Source of the DNA: Candidatus Methylomirabilota bacterium
Lineage (GTDB): Bacteria > Methylomirabilota > Methylomirabilia > Rokubacteriales > CSP1-6
Direction: 5' to 3'
Assembly (NCBI GenBank): GCA_036002485.1
Contig: DASYTI010000107.1
Coordinates: forward strand, 37,783-101,782
DNA length: 64,000 nucleotides
Of this stretch, positions 1-9,469 are shown piece after piece. Below the pieces are notes generated by a model that did no database searches, was not told the DNA's origin, and worked only from the letters and a program-made list of their open reading frames with translations. The translations under genes and the position numbers were made by a program. Numbering within the stretch: position 1 is the first letter of the stretch; the number at the start of each line of letters is the position of its first letter.

Positions 1-51
1 ACTCTGCGGGGCTTGAAGGCGCTCCCCGTCAGCTTCTGATCGGCGGGAGTG

Positions 52-1053
52 TCACTCGCCCCGGAGCCGGGGATCGAGCAGATCGCGGAGGGCGTCGCCC
101 ACCAGGTTGAAGGCCAGCACCGCCAGCATGATGGCCACCCCGGAGAACGTGGTGATCCACGGGCAGCACTTGATGTACTGGCGGCCCTCGCTCAGGATAT
201 TTCCCCAGCTCGGGGTGGGCGGCGGGATGCCGAGCCCGAGGAAGGACAGGCTCGCCTCCGTGCGGATGGCCGTGGCGATGTAGAGCGTGGCCACGACCAC
301 CAGCGCGTAGAGGGCGTTGGGGAAGACGTGGCGGGCCATGACCCGGAGCTGGCCGCTGCCCAGGGCCCGCGCGGCCATGATGTAGTCCTGCTCTCGAATC
401 GTCAGGGCGAGACTCCGCGCGAGCCGGACGAAGTTCGGCGTCAGGGCCATGCCGATGGCCAGGATCTCGTTGACCAGCGTGCCGCCCAGCGCCGCCACGA
501 TGATCAGGGCCAGGAGCAGCGTGGGAAACGCCATCAGCATGTCTGAGGCCCGCATGATCAAGGTCTCGACCCGGCCCCCGCGGAACCCGGCGACGATGCC
601 CAGGGGCACCCCCAGCACGAAGCTGAAGATCACCGAGGCGAGGCCGACCTCGAGCGAGACGCGCGCCCCCCAGATGATGCGGCTCAAGATGTCCCGTCCG
701 AACTCGTCCGTCCCCAGCAGGTGGCGCTCGACGGTGCCCGGGCCCTTGAGCACGGCGTCGGAAAACTGAGCGGACGGACTCATGGGGGCAAGGAGAGGAG
801 CGGCGGCCGCCACCACGACCATGGCCACGGCCATGAGCGTCCCGATGCCGATGGGGAGCCAGCGGCGCAGGTAGCGGCCGCGCGCGGCGTCCCGGCTCTC
901 GTCCCCCGCTCGAGCGAGGGTGAGGTCGGCTGGATCTGCCCCGCGAACGATGGCCATTAGCCCATCGAAGGGGGCCGCGACGGCCCCCTCCGAGCCTCCC
1001 CCAGGATCCGGTTGCGCCGGCGAAGCCGGCGCTCGAAGGAACCAAGTGACCAA
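52..1053 (-). CDS. ABC transporter permease, peptide/nickel family (DppC/OppC-type)
   Basis: 333-aa ORF, multi-TM. Typical DppC region ILSRIIWGARVSLEVGLASV...MRASDMLMAFPTLLLALIIVAALG. Lies directly downstream of a DppB-type permease on the same strand. The track start is TTG, so the true start is uncertain (ATG at 957 is possible). Confidence 0.85.
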   Translation of the reverse strand: MVTWFLRAPASPAQPDPGGGSEGAVAAPFDGLMAIVRGADPADLTLARAGDESRDAARGRYLRRWLPIGIGTLMAVAMVVVAAAAPLLAPMSPSAQFSDAVLKGPGTVERHLLGTDEFGRDILSRIIWGARVSLEVGLASVIFSFVLGVPLGIVAGFRGGRVETLIMRASDMLMAFPTLLLALIIVAALGGTLVNEILAIGMALTPNFVRLARSLALTIREQDYIMAARALGSGQLRVMARHVFPNALYALVVVATLYIATAIRTEASLSFLGLGIPPPTPSWGNILSEGRQYIKCCPWITTFSGVAIMLAVLAFNLVGDALRDLLDPRLRGE

Positions 1054-1073
1054 CGCATGTCTTCGGCAGGCTC

Positions 1074-2078
1074 CTAGCGGTAGGCGACCCGGGGGTCGAC
1101 GATGGCATACAGCATGTCGATGACCAGGTTGACACAGATGATGATCATGGTGAAGACGGTGATCGCCCCCTGGGCCAGGGGATAGTCGCGAGCGTTGATG
1201 GAGTCAACCAGCATCTTGCCCAGGCCGGGACGCGTGAAGACCGTCTCGGTGAGCACCGTGCCCGTGAGCGCGATGGCGACGAAGATCCCGACGATGGTGA
1301 GGAGCGGCATCATCATGTTGCGCAGCGCGTGCTTGTAGACGACCACGCGCTCGATCTGGCCCTTGGCGCGAGCGGTCCGGATGTAGTCCTGGCTGATCAC
1401 CTCCAGCATGGCCGAGCGCGACAGCCGGCTCACCGTGGCGGCCAGCGTGAATCCGAGGGCCAGGGCGGGCAGCGCCAGGTGGTGAAGCACGTCCCCCACC
1501 GCGGCCAGGAAGTCCGCGGGATGGGAAATGAATTCACCCGAGCGGATCATGGCAAGGACGCCGTCCAGGTCGCCGCCGCCGATCAGCGGGAAGAGATTCA
1601 GGCGGAGCGAGAAGAAGATCAGGAGCAGGATCCCCAGCCAGAAGACCGGCATGGAGAGGCCCAGGAGGGCGAAGATGCGCAGCGGATAGTCGACGAGCGG
1701 GTTGCGGCGCTTGAGGGCGGAGACGATCCCGATAGGAACGCCGATGAGGGCGGCCACGATGGCGCTGGCCATGACCAGGACGAAGGTGTGAGGGAACATG
1801 CGGCCGATGTACTCGTTGACGGGGTAGCCCTGCCGTAGAGAGTTGCCGAAGTCGAACTGAACCGACCGCCACAGGTAGTCGATGTATTGCACGGCCAGAG
1901 GCCGGTTCAGCCCGAGGTTCTTGGTGCAGTCGGCGAGAGCCTCGGTGGTGGCCTGGTCGCCCATCATGGCCACGCACGGGTCACCGGGCAGGATGCGCAT
2001 GGCAAAGAAGACGATGCTCATGGCCCCGAGCAGCATGGGGACCGCGACCAGCACTCGGCGCAGCACGTACTTGAACAT
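1074..2078 (-). CDS. ABC transporter permease, peptide/nickel family (DppB/OppB-type)
   Basis: 334-aa ORF with the typical N-terminus MFKYVLRRVLVAVPMLLGAMSIVFFAMRILPGDP and the C-terminal motif NLVIDMLYAIVDPRV. Confidence 0.9.
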   Translation of the reverse strand: MFKYVLRRVLVAVPMLLGAMSIVFFAMRILPGDPCVAMMGDQATTEALADCTKNLGLNRPLAVQYIDYLWRSVQFDFGNSLRQGYPVNEYIGRMFPHTFVLVMASAIVAALIGVPIGIVSALKRRNPLVDYPLRIFALLGLSMPVFWLGILLLIFFSLRLNLFPLIGGGDLDGVLAMIRSGEFISHPADFLAAVGDVLHHLALPALALGFTLAATVSRLSRSAMLEVISQDYIRTARAKGQIERVVVYKHALRNMMMPLLTIVGIFVAIALTGTVLTETVFTRPGLGKMLVDSINARDYPLAQGAITVFTMIIICVNLVIDMLYAIVDPRVAYR

Positions 2079-2107
2079 GGCCTAACCCTGCGTCCTCCGC
2101 TGAGCTC

Positions 2108-3724
2108 CTAGTTGAGGACCTTGAGCATCTCGGGGTAGTTGTAGCTGTAGTGGAGCGAGAACTCACCGTACTCGGGATCGAACGGCGTGCTCACCCGCTT
2201 GGGATTGCGCGCCCACTGGCCCGCCAGATCGCTGATGGGCAGGCACACCAGGTCGCGCTCGATGCGCTTCTGCGCCTCGGCGTAGATCGCGGCGCGTTTC
2301 TTCACGTCGCGCTCCACCCGTCCCGCGGCGAGCAGGTCGTCAATGGCGCGGTAGTGGGCGAAATTGGTGCCCTTGTTCCCGGTGGCTGGATCGGGGATCT
2401 CCTTGGAGTCGAAGAACAGCGACAGCCAGGGGTCGGCGTCGGGGAGTCGCGTGCCCCCGTACAGGACGAACGGATTCAGGTTCTTCCGGATGTTCTCGTG
2501 GAAGGTCGCGTGCTCGACCACCTGCAGCTCGACGATGATGCCCACCTGCTTGAGCTGCTCCTGGGCCAGGGTGAGCACCTTGGGATAGAAGAAGGACTTG
2601 CTGATGAAGTAGTTCTTGATCGTGAAGCCGTTGGGGTGGCCCGCCTCGGCCAGCAGCTTCTTGGCCAGCGCCGGGTTGTGCTCCGGGAAGTTCATGGGAA
2701 TGTGGCCGAAGTAGCCGGGCGGCACGCAGCTCGGAGCCACCCGGGCCAGGCCGCCGGGGTACATGGTCTCCTTGATGGCCTTGCGGTCGATGGCGTGCAT
2801 GAACGCCTTGCGCACGCGGATGTCGTCGAAGGGCTTCGCGGTCATGTTGATGTAGAAGCGCTCTTGCGTGCCCGGGCCGCGCTTGTCGATGACGGCGCCC
2901 ATTTTCTTGACCTGGTCGGCGAAGTCCGCGGTGACCGCCTCGGGATAGAGCAGGTCGAACGTGCCCTTCTCGAGGCCGATCAGCTTGGTGGAGTCCTCCG
3001 GCACGTCGAAATAGTTCACCTCATCGATCGAGGGCCGGCCGAGGTGGTACTTGTCGAAGGCCTTGAGGACCACCTTCTCGCGCGGCGAGTGCCGGTCGAA
3101 GTAGAAGGGGCCCGTGCCGACGGGGTTCCACTTGAACTGCTCTCCGTACTTCTCGGCGGCCTTTTTCGACACGATGTACCCCTGCTGGTAGCCCACCATG
3201 CGCAGGAGGAAGATGGGGTCGAAGGACTTGAGAGCGATCTGCACGGTGTGGGGGTCGACGACCTCGATGGACTTGATCACCTCGAGGTTCACCCCGAACC
3301 GCGTGCCGGGCGCCCGGCTGATCTGGCGCTCGAAGCTGAACTTGACGTCCTCGGCCGTCAGCTCGCCGAAGCCCTTGTGGAACTGCACGCCCTTCTTGAG
3401 CTTGAACGTCCAGATCGTCCCCTCGGGAGAGAGCGTCCAGCTCTCGGCCAGGTCCGGGTCCACCTCGGCCGTGGTGACCTTGCCGTCCCTGATGGCGAAG
3501 CGCGTGAGGCCCCGGTGCATGAAGCGAGCGATGGCCTGGCTCTGCCCGAGGATGCTCATGTGCGGGTCGAGCGTGTCGGGCTCCTTGGCCGCGATGTTGA
3601 GCACCTTCTTCTTCTGGGCCTCCGCGGCGGGCGGCCCCACCAGGACGCCCAGCGTGAAGGCCGTGAGGACGGCGAGGGCAACGACCAGTGCGAGCGAGAG
3701 CCGTGACCGGACATGGCTGGACAT
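2108..3724 (-). CDS. ABC transporter substrate-binding protein, family 5 (peptide/nickel)
   Basis: ORF 2108..3820 trimmed to the ATG at 3724 (MSSHVRSRLSLALVVALAVLTAF..., a signal peptide). Family-5 SBP pattern (WTFKLKKGVQFHKGFGELTAEDVKFSFER). First gene of a minus-strand SBP-permease-permease operon. Confidence 0.9.
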   Translation of the reverse strand: MSSHVRSRLSLALVVALAVLTAFTLGVLVGPPAAEAQKKKVLNIAAKEPDTLDPHMSILGQSQAIARFMHRGLTRFAIRDGKVTTAEVDPDLAESWTLSPEGTIWTFKLKKGVQFHKGFGELTAEDVKFSFERQISRAPGTRFGVNLEVIKSIEVVDPHTVQIALKSFDPIFLLRMVGYQQGYIVSKKAAEKYGEQFKWNPVGTGPFYFDRHSPREKVVLKAFDKYHLGRPSIDEVNYFDVPEDSTKLIGLEKGTFDLLYPEAVTADFADQVKKMGAVIDKRGPGTQERFYINMTAKPFDDIRVRKAFMHAIDRKAIKETMYPGGLARVAPSCVPPGYFGHIPMNFPEHNPALAKKLLAEAGHPNGFTIKNYFISKSFFYPKVLTLAQEQLKQVGIIVELQVVEHATFHENIRKNLNPFVLYGGTRLPDADPWLSLFFDSKEIPDPATGNKGTNFAHYRAIDDLLAAGRVERDVKKRAAIYAEAQKRIERDLVCLPISDLAGQWARNPKRVSTPFDPEYGEFSLHYSYNYPEMLKVLN

Positions 3725-4028
3725 GGGCTTCTCCCTTTCCGGGCGCAAGGCAGTGGTGTGGCGGTCGCGGAAGGCCGCGATCGTGACAGTTGGCGTGACC
3801 AGGATCAACGAGTCGATCATGCGACCTCGGGCGCGCGCAGAGCGCCCGCCCTGTTGAGGGACCGACGGCCGACGCCGGAGCCGCCGAGCCTGGAAGGTCC
3901 CCCGGGGTTCTGGGTGGCGTCAAGGATAGTCGAGGCGGGGGGCGGCTACAAGGGGACTGGAAACGAAAGCCGGGGCCTCGGCGTTGAGAAGTGGAAGGCT
4001 GCAGAAGACGCCCTGATTGGAGCGCTTG

Positions 4029-4058
4029 TTGACACGGCCGTTCGGCCCCTGATAGCAT
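4029..4058 (+). promoter_or_regulatory. Candidate sigma70-type promoter (TTGACA-N18-TAGCAT with TG extended -10)
   Basis: Exact TTGACA at 4029-4034. tgaTAGCAT at 4050-4058. Located in the 530-bp divergent intergenic region, about 195 nt upstream of the SBP start at 4255. Confidence 0.3.
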
Positions 4059-4254
4059 CCGCCGCGTCGAGCGAGCGGACCGCCCGCGGCCTCCAGGCCG
4101 CCCATTTTCGGGGCGGCTCCATCGGCCCTCCTCGAAGCCTGCGGGCAAAGTCCAAGACCCAGGGGAGTGTGCTTGGTCCATATCCCGAGTCCTCTCAGAT
4201 CCTCGAAAGCGGGTTCACCGCATGTATGACCTTGGCAGGCAAGGGAGAGTGTGC

Positions 4255-5859
4255 ATGAGACAGCGGCTCGGGCTCGTGGTGGTGATGGTGACGGCCCTCC
4301 TATGGGGGACGCCCGGGGAAGCGGCCCGGCCCGAGGGCACGCTGACGGTGGCCGTCGCCACCTTCGGCAATGAGCGCTGGCTGCCCCACCTCTATGTGGG
4401 CGCCGAGGACGTGGTGCTCAAGCCTATGTACGAGAATCTCCTCACCCGCGACCCCAAGACGGGCGAGCTGATCCCCATGCTGGCGGAGCGCTGGAAGGTC
4501 TCGGATGGCGGCCGCACCTGGACGTTCCACCTGCGCAAAGGGGTCCAGTTCCACGGGGGCCGGGGCGAGGTCACGGCGGAGGACGTCAAGTTCACCTTCG
4601 CCACAATCGCCAAGGACGGCTCCGCCAACTCGCTGGCCCCGGAGTTCCGCCTGATCAAGAGCATGGAGATCGAGGACCCCTATACCATCACCGTGCGGTT
4701 CGACAAGGCCTCCGTGGCCTTCGGCAACAAGGTCACCCAGGGGTTGTTCGCGTCGGTGGCCTTCATCCAGTCCAAGCGCCACGTCGAGAGCGCCGGAGAG
4801 CAGGGGGCGGAGCGGCAGCCGGTGGCCACGGGTCCCTGGAAGTTCGTGGAGCACGTCCGCGGCGACCGGATCGTCTACGAGGCGGTGGAGAACCACTGGC
4901 GGACGGTGCCCCACTTCAAGCGCCTGGTGTTCGTGAAGGTGCCGGAGCCGGCCACCCGCATGGCCATGCTGCGAGCGGGCAGCGTGGACGTCATCGAGAT
5001 CGGCGGAGAGTACGTGGAGGAGCTGAAGAGGGTCGGGGTGCGGACGATCGTCATGCCCAATGTCTCCTGGGTCTACGTCATCCTGGGCGGGCAATGGCCC
5101 ACCAAGGCCACCTATGACCGCAACGTGCCCTGGGCGCAGCCCGACGCCGAGCGGGCCCGCAAGGTGCGGCTAGCGCTCAACCTGGCGGTGGACAAGCAAG
5201 CCATCATGGAGCGAATGCTGGGCGGCCTGGGAAGCGTGGTGGGCTCCTGGCTCACGTATCCCTCTGACGCGTGGGCGACCGACGCGTTGAAGAAGCCCTA
5301 TCCCTATGATCCGGCGAAGGCGAAGGTGCTGCTGGCGGAGGTGGGCTATCCCAAGGGCTTCGAGGTGACCATGAACCTCACGGCCTGGCCCGGACGGGGC
5401 TATCTCCCGGATGTCGGAGAAGCCGTCGCCACGTACTGGGAGAAGGTCGGCATCAAGGTGAAGCGGCGGCCCGTCGACCGCGCAGTGTTCGCCGCAGACT
5501 TCCGGGCCCGGGCGTACTCGGGAGTGACGCTGGCCTATGCCGCGCCGCTCGTGGGCCCAGAGCCCTGGGAGATCCTGATCCGCGGCGGCCATACCAAGGC
5601 CGCCCTGAACCTGTTCGTCGAGCATCCCAAGCTCGACGAGTTCGTCGACCGTCTGGCCACCGAGGCCAACTACAAGGAGCGAGTGCGCATCATGCGGGAC
5701 GAGCTGGGCCCCTGGCTCCAGGACTACATTCCCGGCGTCGCCATCGGCGCCGCCCATGCCATCGTGGGGGTCGGGCCGAAGGTCGGCGAATGGCCCCTGA
5801 TCCCCGGCCACATGGGGTTTCACAACTGGGAGTACGTGACCCGGGCCGCCGCCCGGTAG
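4255..5859 (+). CDS. ABC transporter substrate-binding protein, family 5 (peptide/nickel), paralog A
   Basis: ORF 4222..5859 trimmed to the ATG at 4255 (MRQRLGLVVVMVTALLWGTPGEAA, a signal peptide), with GGGAGAG upstream. Family-5 SBP pattern (WTFHLRKGVQFHGG...TAEDVKFTF). Confidence 0.9.
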   Translation: MRQRLGLVVVMVTALLWGTPGEAARPEGTLTVAVATFGNERWLPHLYVGAEDVVLKPMYENLLTRDPKTGELIPMLAERWKVSDGGRTWTFHLRKGVQFHGGRGEVTAEDVKFTFATIAKDGSANSLAPEFRLIKSMEIEDPYTITVRFDKASVAFGNKVTQGLFASVAFIQSKRHVESAGEQGAERQPVATGPWKFVEHVRGDRIVYEAVENHWRTVPHFKRLVFVKVPEPATRMAMLRAGSVDVIEIGGEYVEELKRVGVRTIVMPNVSWVYVILGGQWPTKATYDRNVPWAQPDAERARKVRLALNLAVDKQAIMERMLGGLGSVVGSWLTYPSDAWATDALKKPYPYDPAKAKVLLAEVGYPKGFEVTMNLTAWPGRGYLPDVGEAVATYWEKVGIKVKRRPVDRAVFAADFRARAYSGVTLAYAAPLVGPEPWEILIRGGHTKAALNLFVEHPKLDEFVDRLATEANYKERVRIMRDELGPWLQDYIPGVAIGAAHAIVGVGPKVGEWPLIPGHMGFHNWEYVTRAAAR

Positions 5860-5898
5860 CCCCGAGGCCCACAGGCCTGTGCCGGAGGAGGAACAATC

Positions 5899-7503
5899 AT
5901 GAAGCAGCGGTTCTCTGTCATCGTGTCGATCGCGACGGCCCTCCTGTGGGCTCTGGCCATGCCGCGGGCCGAAGCCGCTCGGCCGGAGGGGACGCTCACG
6001 GTCGCGGTGGCCACCTTCGGCAACGAGCGCTGGTTGCCGCACCTCTATGTGGGCGCCGAGGACATTGTCCTCAAGCCGCTGTGGGAAAACCTGTTGAATC
6101 GAGACACCAAGGGCAACCTCATCCCCATGTTGGCCGAACGGTGGGAGGTGCTCGACGGGGGGCGGACCTGGAAGTTCCATCTTCGCAAGGGCGTCCGCTT
6201 CCACAACGGGTCGGAGTTCACCGCCGAGGACGTCAAGTTCTCGTTCGCTTCGATTGCGCGGGAAGGCTCGGCGAACTCGCTGGCGCCGGAGTTCCGGCAG
6301 ATCAAGAGCATGGAGATCGAGGGTCCGCACACCATCAGCCTGCGCTTCGAGAAGCCGTTCGTGACCTTCGGCAACCGGGTGACCCACGGGCTCTTCGCCT
6401 CCGTGGCCTATATCCAGTCCAAGAAGCATATCGACACCGCCGGGGAGGACGGGGCGGAGCGCCAGCCCGTCGGCACGGGTCCCTGGAGACTCGCGGAGCA
6501 CGTCCGCGGCGACCGCATCGTCTACGAGGCGGTGGAGAACCACTGGCGAGCCGTGCCCCATTTCAAGCGGCTCGTGTTCTTGAAGGTGCCGGAGCCGGCC
6601 ACCCGCATGGCCATGCTCCGCGCGGGTGGCGCTGATGTCATCGAGATCGGCGGAGAGTACGTGGAGGAGCTGACCAAGGTGGGCATGCGAACGATCACGA
6701 TGCCCAACGTGGCCGCGGTGTGGGTGATTCTCGGGGGACAGTGGCCCACGAAGCCGACATACGATCCCAAGGTGCCCTGGGCGTTGCCCGATGCCGAGCG
6801 TGCTCGCAAGGTGCGCCTGGCCCTCAATCTGGCCGTGGACAAGAAAGCCATCTTCCAGCGGGTGCTGGGCGGGCTCGGGACCCCGGTGGGCACGGTGAAC
6901 TACTATCCGACGGATCCGTGGACTTCGGAGGCCTTGCTGAAGCCGCTTCCCTATGACCCGGCCAGAGCGAAAGCGTTGCTCGCCGAGGCGGGCTATCCCA
7001 ATGGCTTCGAGATCACGATGAATCTCACCGCCTGGCCGGGGAGAGGATACCTCCCCGATGTGGGCGAGGCCGTGGCCACTTACTGGGAGAAGGTGGGCCT
7101 CAAGGTCAAGCGTCGGCCCGTGGACCGGGCCGTGTTCTCGGCGGATTTCCGCGCGCGGGCGTATTCCGGGGTGGCCCTGGCCTATGCCGGGCCCCTCATC
7201 GCGCCGGAGCCCTGGGAGCTTTTCGCGCGCATCGCCCAGACGAAGTCGGCCGTACATCTGCTCGTGGAGCATCCCAAGCTGGATGCGCTCATCGAGCGCC
7301 TGGGCTCCGAGCCGAGCGCCGCGGCGCGGACGCGGATCATGCGCGAGGAGCTTGGGCCGTGGCTCTACGAGTACCTTCCCGCCGTCGCCATCGGGGCGAC
7401 CCACGCGATCGCCGGCGTGGGACCGAAGGTGGGGGAATGGCCGCTCATCCCCGGCCACATGGGCTTCCACAACTGGGAGCTCCTCACCCGGACCGCGCGG
7501 TAA
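5899..7503 (+). CDS. ABC transporter substrate-binding protein, family 5, paralog B
   Basis: 534 aa with a signal peptide. GGAGGAGG lies just upstream of the ATG. Long identical runs shared with paralog A (ARPEGTLTVAVATFGNERWLPHLYVGAED, VPEPATRMAMLRAG, NLTAWPGRGYLPDVGEAVATYWEKVG). Confidence 0.9.
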   Translation: MKQRFSVIVSIATALLWALAMPRAEAARPEGTLTVAVATFGNERWLPHLYVGAEDIVLKPLWENLLNRDTKGNLIPMLAERWEVLDGGRTWKFHLRKGVRFHNGSEFTAEDVKFSFASIAREGSANSLAPEFRQIKSMEIEGPHTISLRFEKPFVTFGNRVTHGLFASVAYIQSKKHIDTAGEDGAERQPVGTGPWRLAEHVRGDRIVYEAVENHWRAVPHFKRLVFLKVPEPATRMAMLRAGGADVIEIGGEYVEELTKVGMRTITMPNVAAVWVILGGQWPTKPTYDPKVPWALPDAERARKVRLALNLAVDKKAIFQRVLGGLGTPVGTVNYYPTDPWTSEALLKPLPYDPARAKALLAEAGYPNGFEITMNLTAWPGRGYLPDVGEAVATYWEKVGLKVKRRPVDRAVFSADFRARAYSGVALAYAGPLIAPEPWELFARIAQTKSAVHLLVEHPKLDALIERLGSEPSAAARTRIMREELGPWLYEYLPAVAIGATHAIAGVGPKVGEWPLIPGHMGFHNWELLTRTAR

Positions 7504-7623
7504 TGCGGCGGGGTCCCCGGATGTCCTGGGAGTGGGTCCGAATCGCTGCTGTTCGAGCGCCGGCTTCGCCGGCGCCACCCGGGGGGAGGTTCGGGAGGGG
7601 GGCGTAGTCCCCCTCCCGTTCAT

Positions 7624-8547
7624 ATGTGGCGGTTCCTGGCGGGCCGTATCCTGCAGACGCTGCTGAGCATGCTCGTGGTGATCAGCATCGTGTTCGCCCT
7701 GACGCGACTGTCGGGCAGTCCCATCCCCTTGCTGCTCGACGTCAACGCCACCGAGCGCGACCAGGAGATCCTGACGCGTCATCTCGGGCTCGACAAGCCG
7801 CTGCTCGTCCAGTACGGCATCTATGTGAGGAACCTCGCCTCGGGTGACTTCGGCAACTCCGTGCTCACGCGGAGGCCGGTGACCGAGCACATCTGGGAAC
7901 GCCTGCCCGCCACCGTCGAGCTGGGGTTCGTGGCGATGTTCCTGAGCGTTCTCATCGGCATCCCGCTCGGCATGTATTCCGCGGTGCGGCGGGGAGGGAT
8001 CGCGGACAGCGCGGCGCGGGTGTTCGCCGTGCTCGGGCAATCCATGCCCACGTTCTGGCTCGGGCTCATGTTGATCCTGTTCTTCGGCGTCGTGCTGGGA
8101 GTGCTGCCGGCGGGCGGGCGGGGTGATATCCGGCACCTGATCCTCCCGGCCTTCACGCTGGGCTATTTCACCTCCGCGGCCATCCTGCGCCTGACGCGCT
8201 CCAGCATGCTCGAGGTGCTGGGATCCGATTACATCAAGTTCGCCCGGCTCAAGGGACTGCACGAGCAGGTGGTGCTCTGGAAGCACGGCCTGAAGAACGC
8301 CCTCCTGCCCGTCGTCACCTTCGCCGTCATGCTCTTTGTGCAATTCCTCGGGGGCGCCGTGGTCACGGAGACGGTGTTCGCCTGGCCGGGACTGGGGCGA
8401 TTGATTCTCGAGAGCATCACCACGCGTGACTATCCTATCGTGCAGGCCGGGGTCCTCGTGCTGAGCTCTCTCTATCTCACGGGGAATCTTCTCGTGGACA
8501 TCCTCTACAGCTACCTCAACCCGAGGATCCGTCATGCTGGCGGGTAG
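7624..8547 (+). CDS. ABC transporter permease (DppB/OppB-type)
   Basis: 307 aa. N-terminus MWRFLAGRILQTLLSMLVVISIVFALTRL. C-terminus LLVDILYSYLNPRIR. Confidence 0.9.
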   Translation: MWRFLAGRILQTLLSMLVVISIVFALTRLSGSPIPLLLDVNATERDQEILTRHLGLDKPLLVQYGIYVRNLASGDFGNSVLTRRPVTEHIWERLPATVELGFVAMFLSVLIGIPLGMYSAVRRGGIADSAARVFAVLGQSMPTFWLGLMLILFFGVVLGVLPAGGRGDIRHLILPAFTLGYFTSAAILRLTRSSMLEVLGSDYIKFARLKGLHEQVVLWKHGLKNALLPVVTFAVMLFVQFLGGAVVTETVFAWPGLGRLILESITTRDYPIVQAGVLVLSSLYLTGNLLVDILYSYLNPRIRHAGG

Positions 8548-9469
8548 ACAGCTCCCGTGGTTCCCCGGGATCGTCCTGGCCGCGCTGGTCCTCACGGCGG
8601 CGTTCGCGGCCTACCTCGCGCCCCATAGCCCCACGGAAGGCGACATCACCAGAAAATTGATTCCTCCCGTCTGGATGGAGCGGGGCACCTGGGAGCATCC
8701 GCTGGGGACTGATCGCTTCGGGCGCGACGTATTGAGCCGGATCATCTACGGCAGCCGGATCTCCCTCACCGTTTCCCTCATCGCCATCTGTGTGGCGGGC
8801 ACGGTGGGCACGGGGCTGGGCCTGCTCGCCGGGTATCGGGGGGGCTTCACCGATGCCTTCCTCATGCGGCTGACCGATATCGGGCTCTCGTTGCCCATCG
8901 TCCTCATCGCGGTGGTGCTGGTGGCGGTGTCCGAGCCGAGCTTTGGCAACGTCATCCTGGTGATCTCGCTCCTCCTGTGGCCGCGTTTCGCGCGGCAGAT
9001 ACGCGGAGAGACGCTGGGGATCAAGCAGCAGGATTTCGTCGCGCTGGCCGTGGTGGCCGGACGCTCGAGCTGGTGGATCATGTCGCGGCACATCTTCCCC
9101 AACGTGGTGCCCACCCTGCTGGTGATCACCACCCTTCAGGTGGGCTACGTGATTCTGCTGGAGGGCACCCTGAGCTTCCTGGGCGTCGGAGTGCCGCCGC
9201 CCAATCCCGCCTGGGGACTGATGATCGCCGATGGCCGCGGGTTCCTGGCTACCGCGTGGTGGATCTCGCTCTTCCCGGGCCTGGCCATGCTCTTGATCGT
9301 CCTGGCCGTCAACCTGATGGGGGACTGGCTCCGCGACCACCTCGACCCCAAGCTGCGGCAGCTCGGCAGTCGAGCCCCCCTGCTCGACGCCCCGGGTATG
9401 GAGCCGGTGGGCCACGCGGCCGGGGAAGCTCCCGCCCGGGGCGCAGCGGGGGGCGGGGATGGAGGATAG
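8534..9469 (+). CDS. ABC transporter permease (DppC/OppC-type)
   Basis: 311 aa. Motifs HPLGTDRFGRDVLSRIIYGSRISL and NLMGDWLRDHLDPK. Overlaps the upstream permease by 14 nt. Confidence 0.9.
   Translation: MLAGRQLPWFPGIVLAALVLTAAFAAYLAPHSPTEGDITRKLIPPVWMERGTWEHPLGTDRFGRDVLSRIIYGSRISLTVSLIAICVAGTVGTGLGLLAGYRGGFTDAFLMRLTDIGLSLPIVLIAVVLVAVSEPSFGNVILVISLLLWPRFARQIRGETLGIKQQDFVALAVVAGRSSWWIMSRHIFPNVVPTLLVITTLQVGYVILLEGTLSFLGVGVPPPNPAWGLMIADGRGFLATAWWISLFPGLAMLLIVLAVNLMGDWLRDHLDPKLRQLGSRAPLLDAPGMEPVGHAAGEAPARGAAGGGDGG

Noticed and set aside
29-1135. 368-aa minus-strand ORF at the window start
   Set aside because: It is an alternative frame of the DppC-type permease (52..1053). It is Arg/Pro/Gly/His-rich and has no TM helices.
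3713-4258. 181-aa plus-strand ORF (and two ~60-aa minus ORFs) in the long divergent intergenic region
   Set aside because: There is no SD sequence. The composition is Arg/Gly/Ser-rich and unstructured. The ORF runs through the predicted promoter and into the SBP start, so the region is treated as non-coding.
5170-8595. 1141-aa minus-strand ORF, the longest in the track
   Set aside because: It lies antisense to four strongly recognisable plus-strand genes (two SBPs and two permeases). Its translation is Arg/Gly/His/Pro/Asp-rich low-complexity sequence with no motif. This is the typical stop-codon-poor antisense frame of high-GC DNA.
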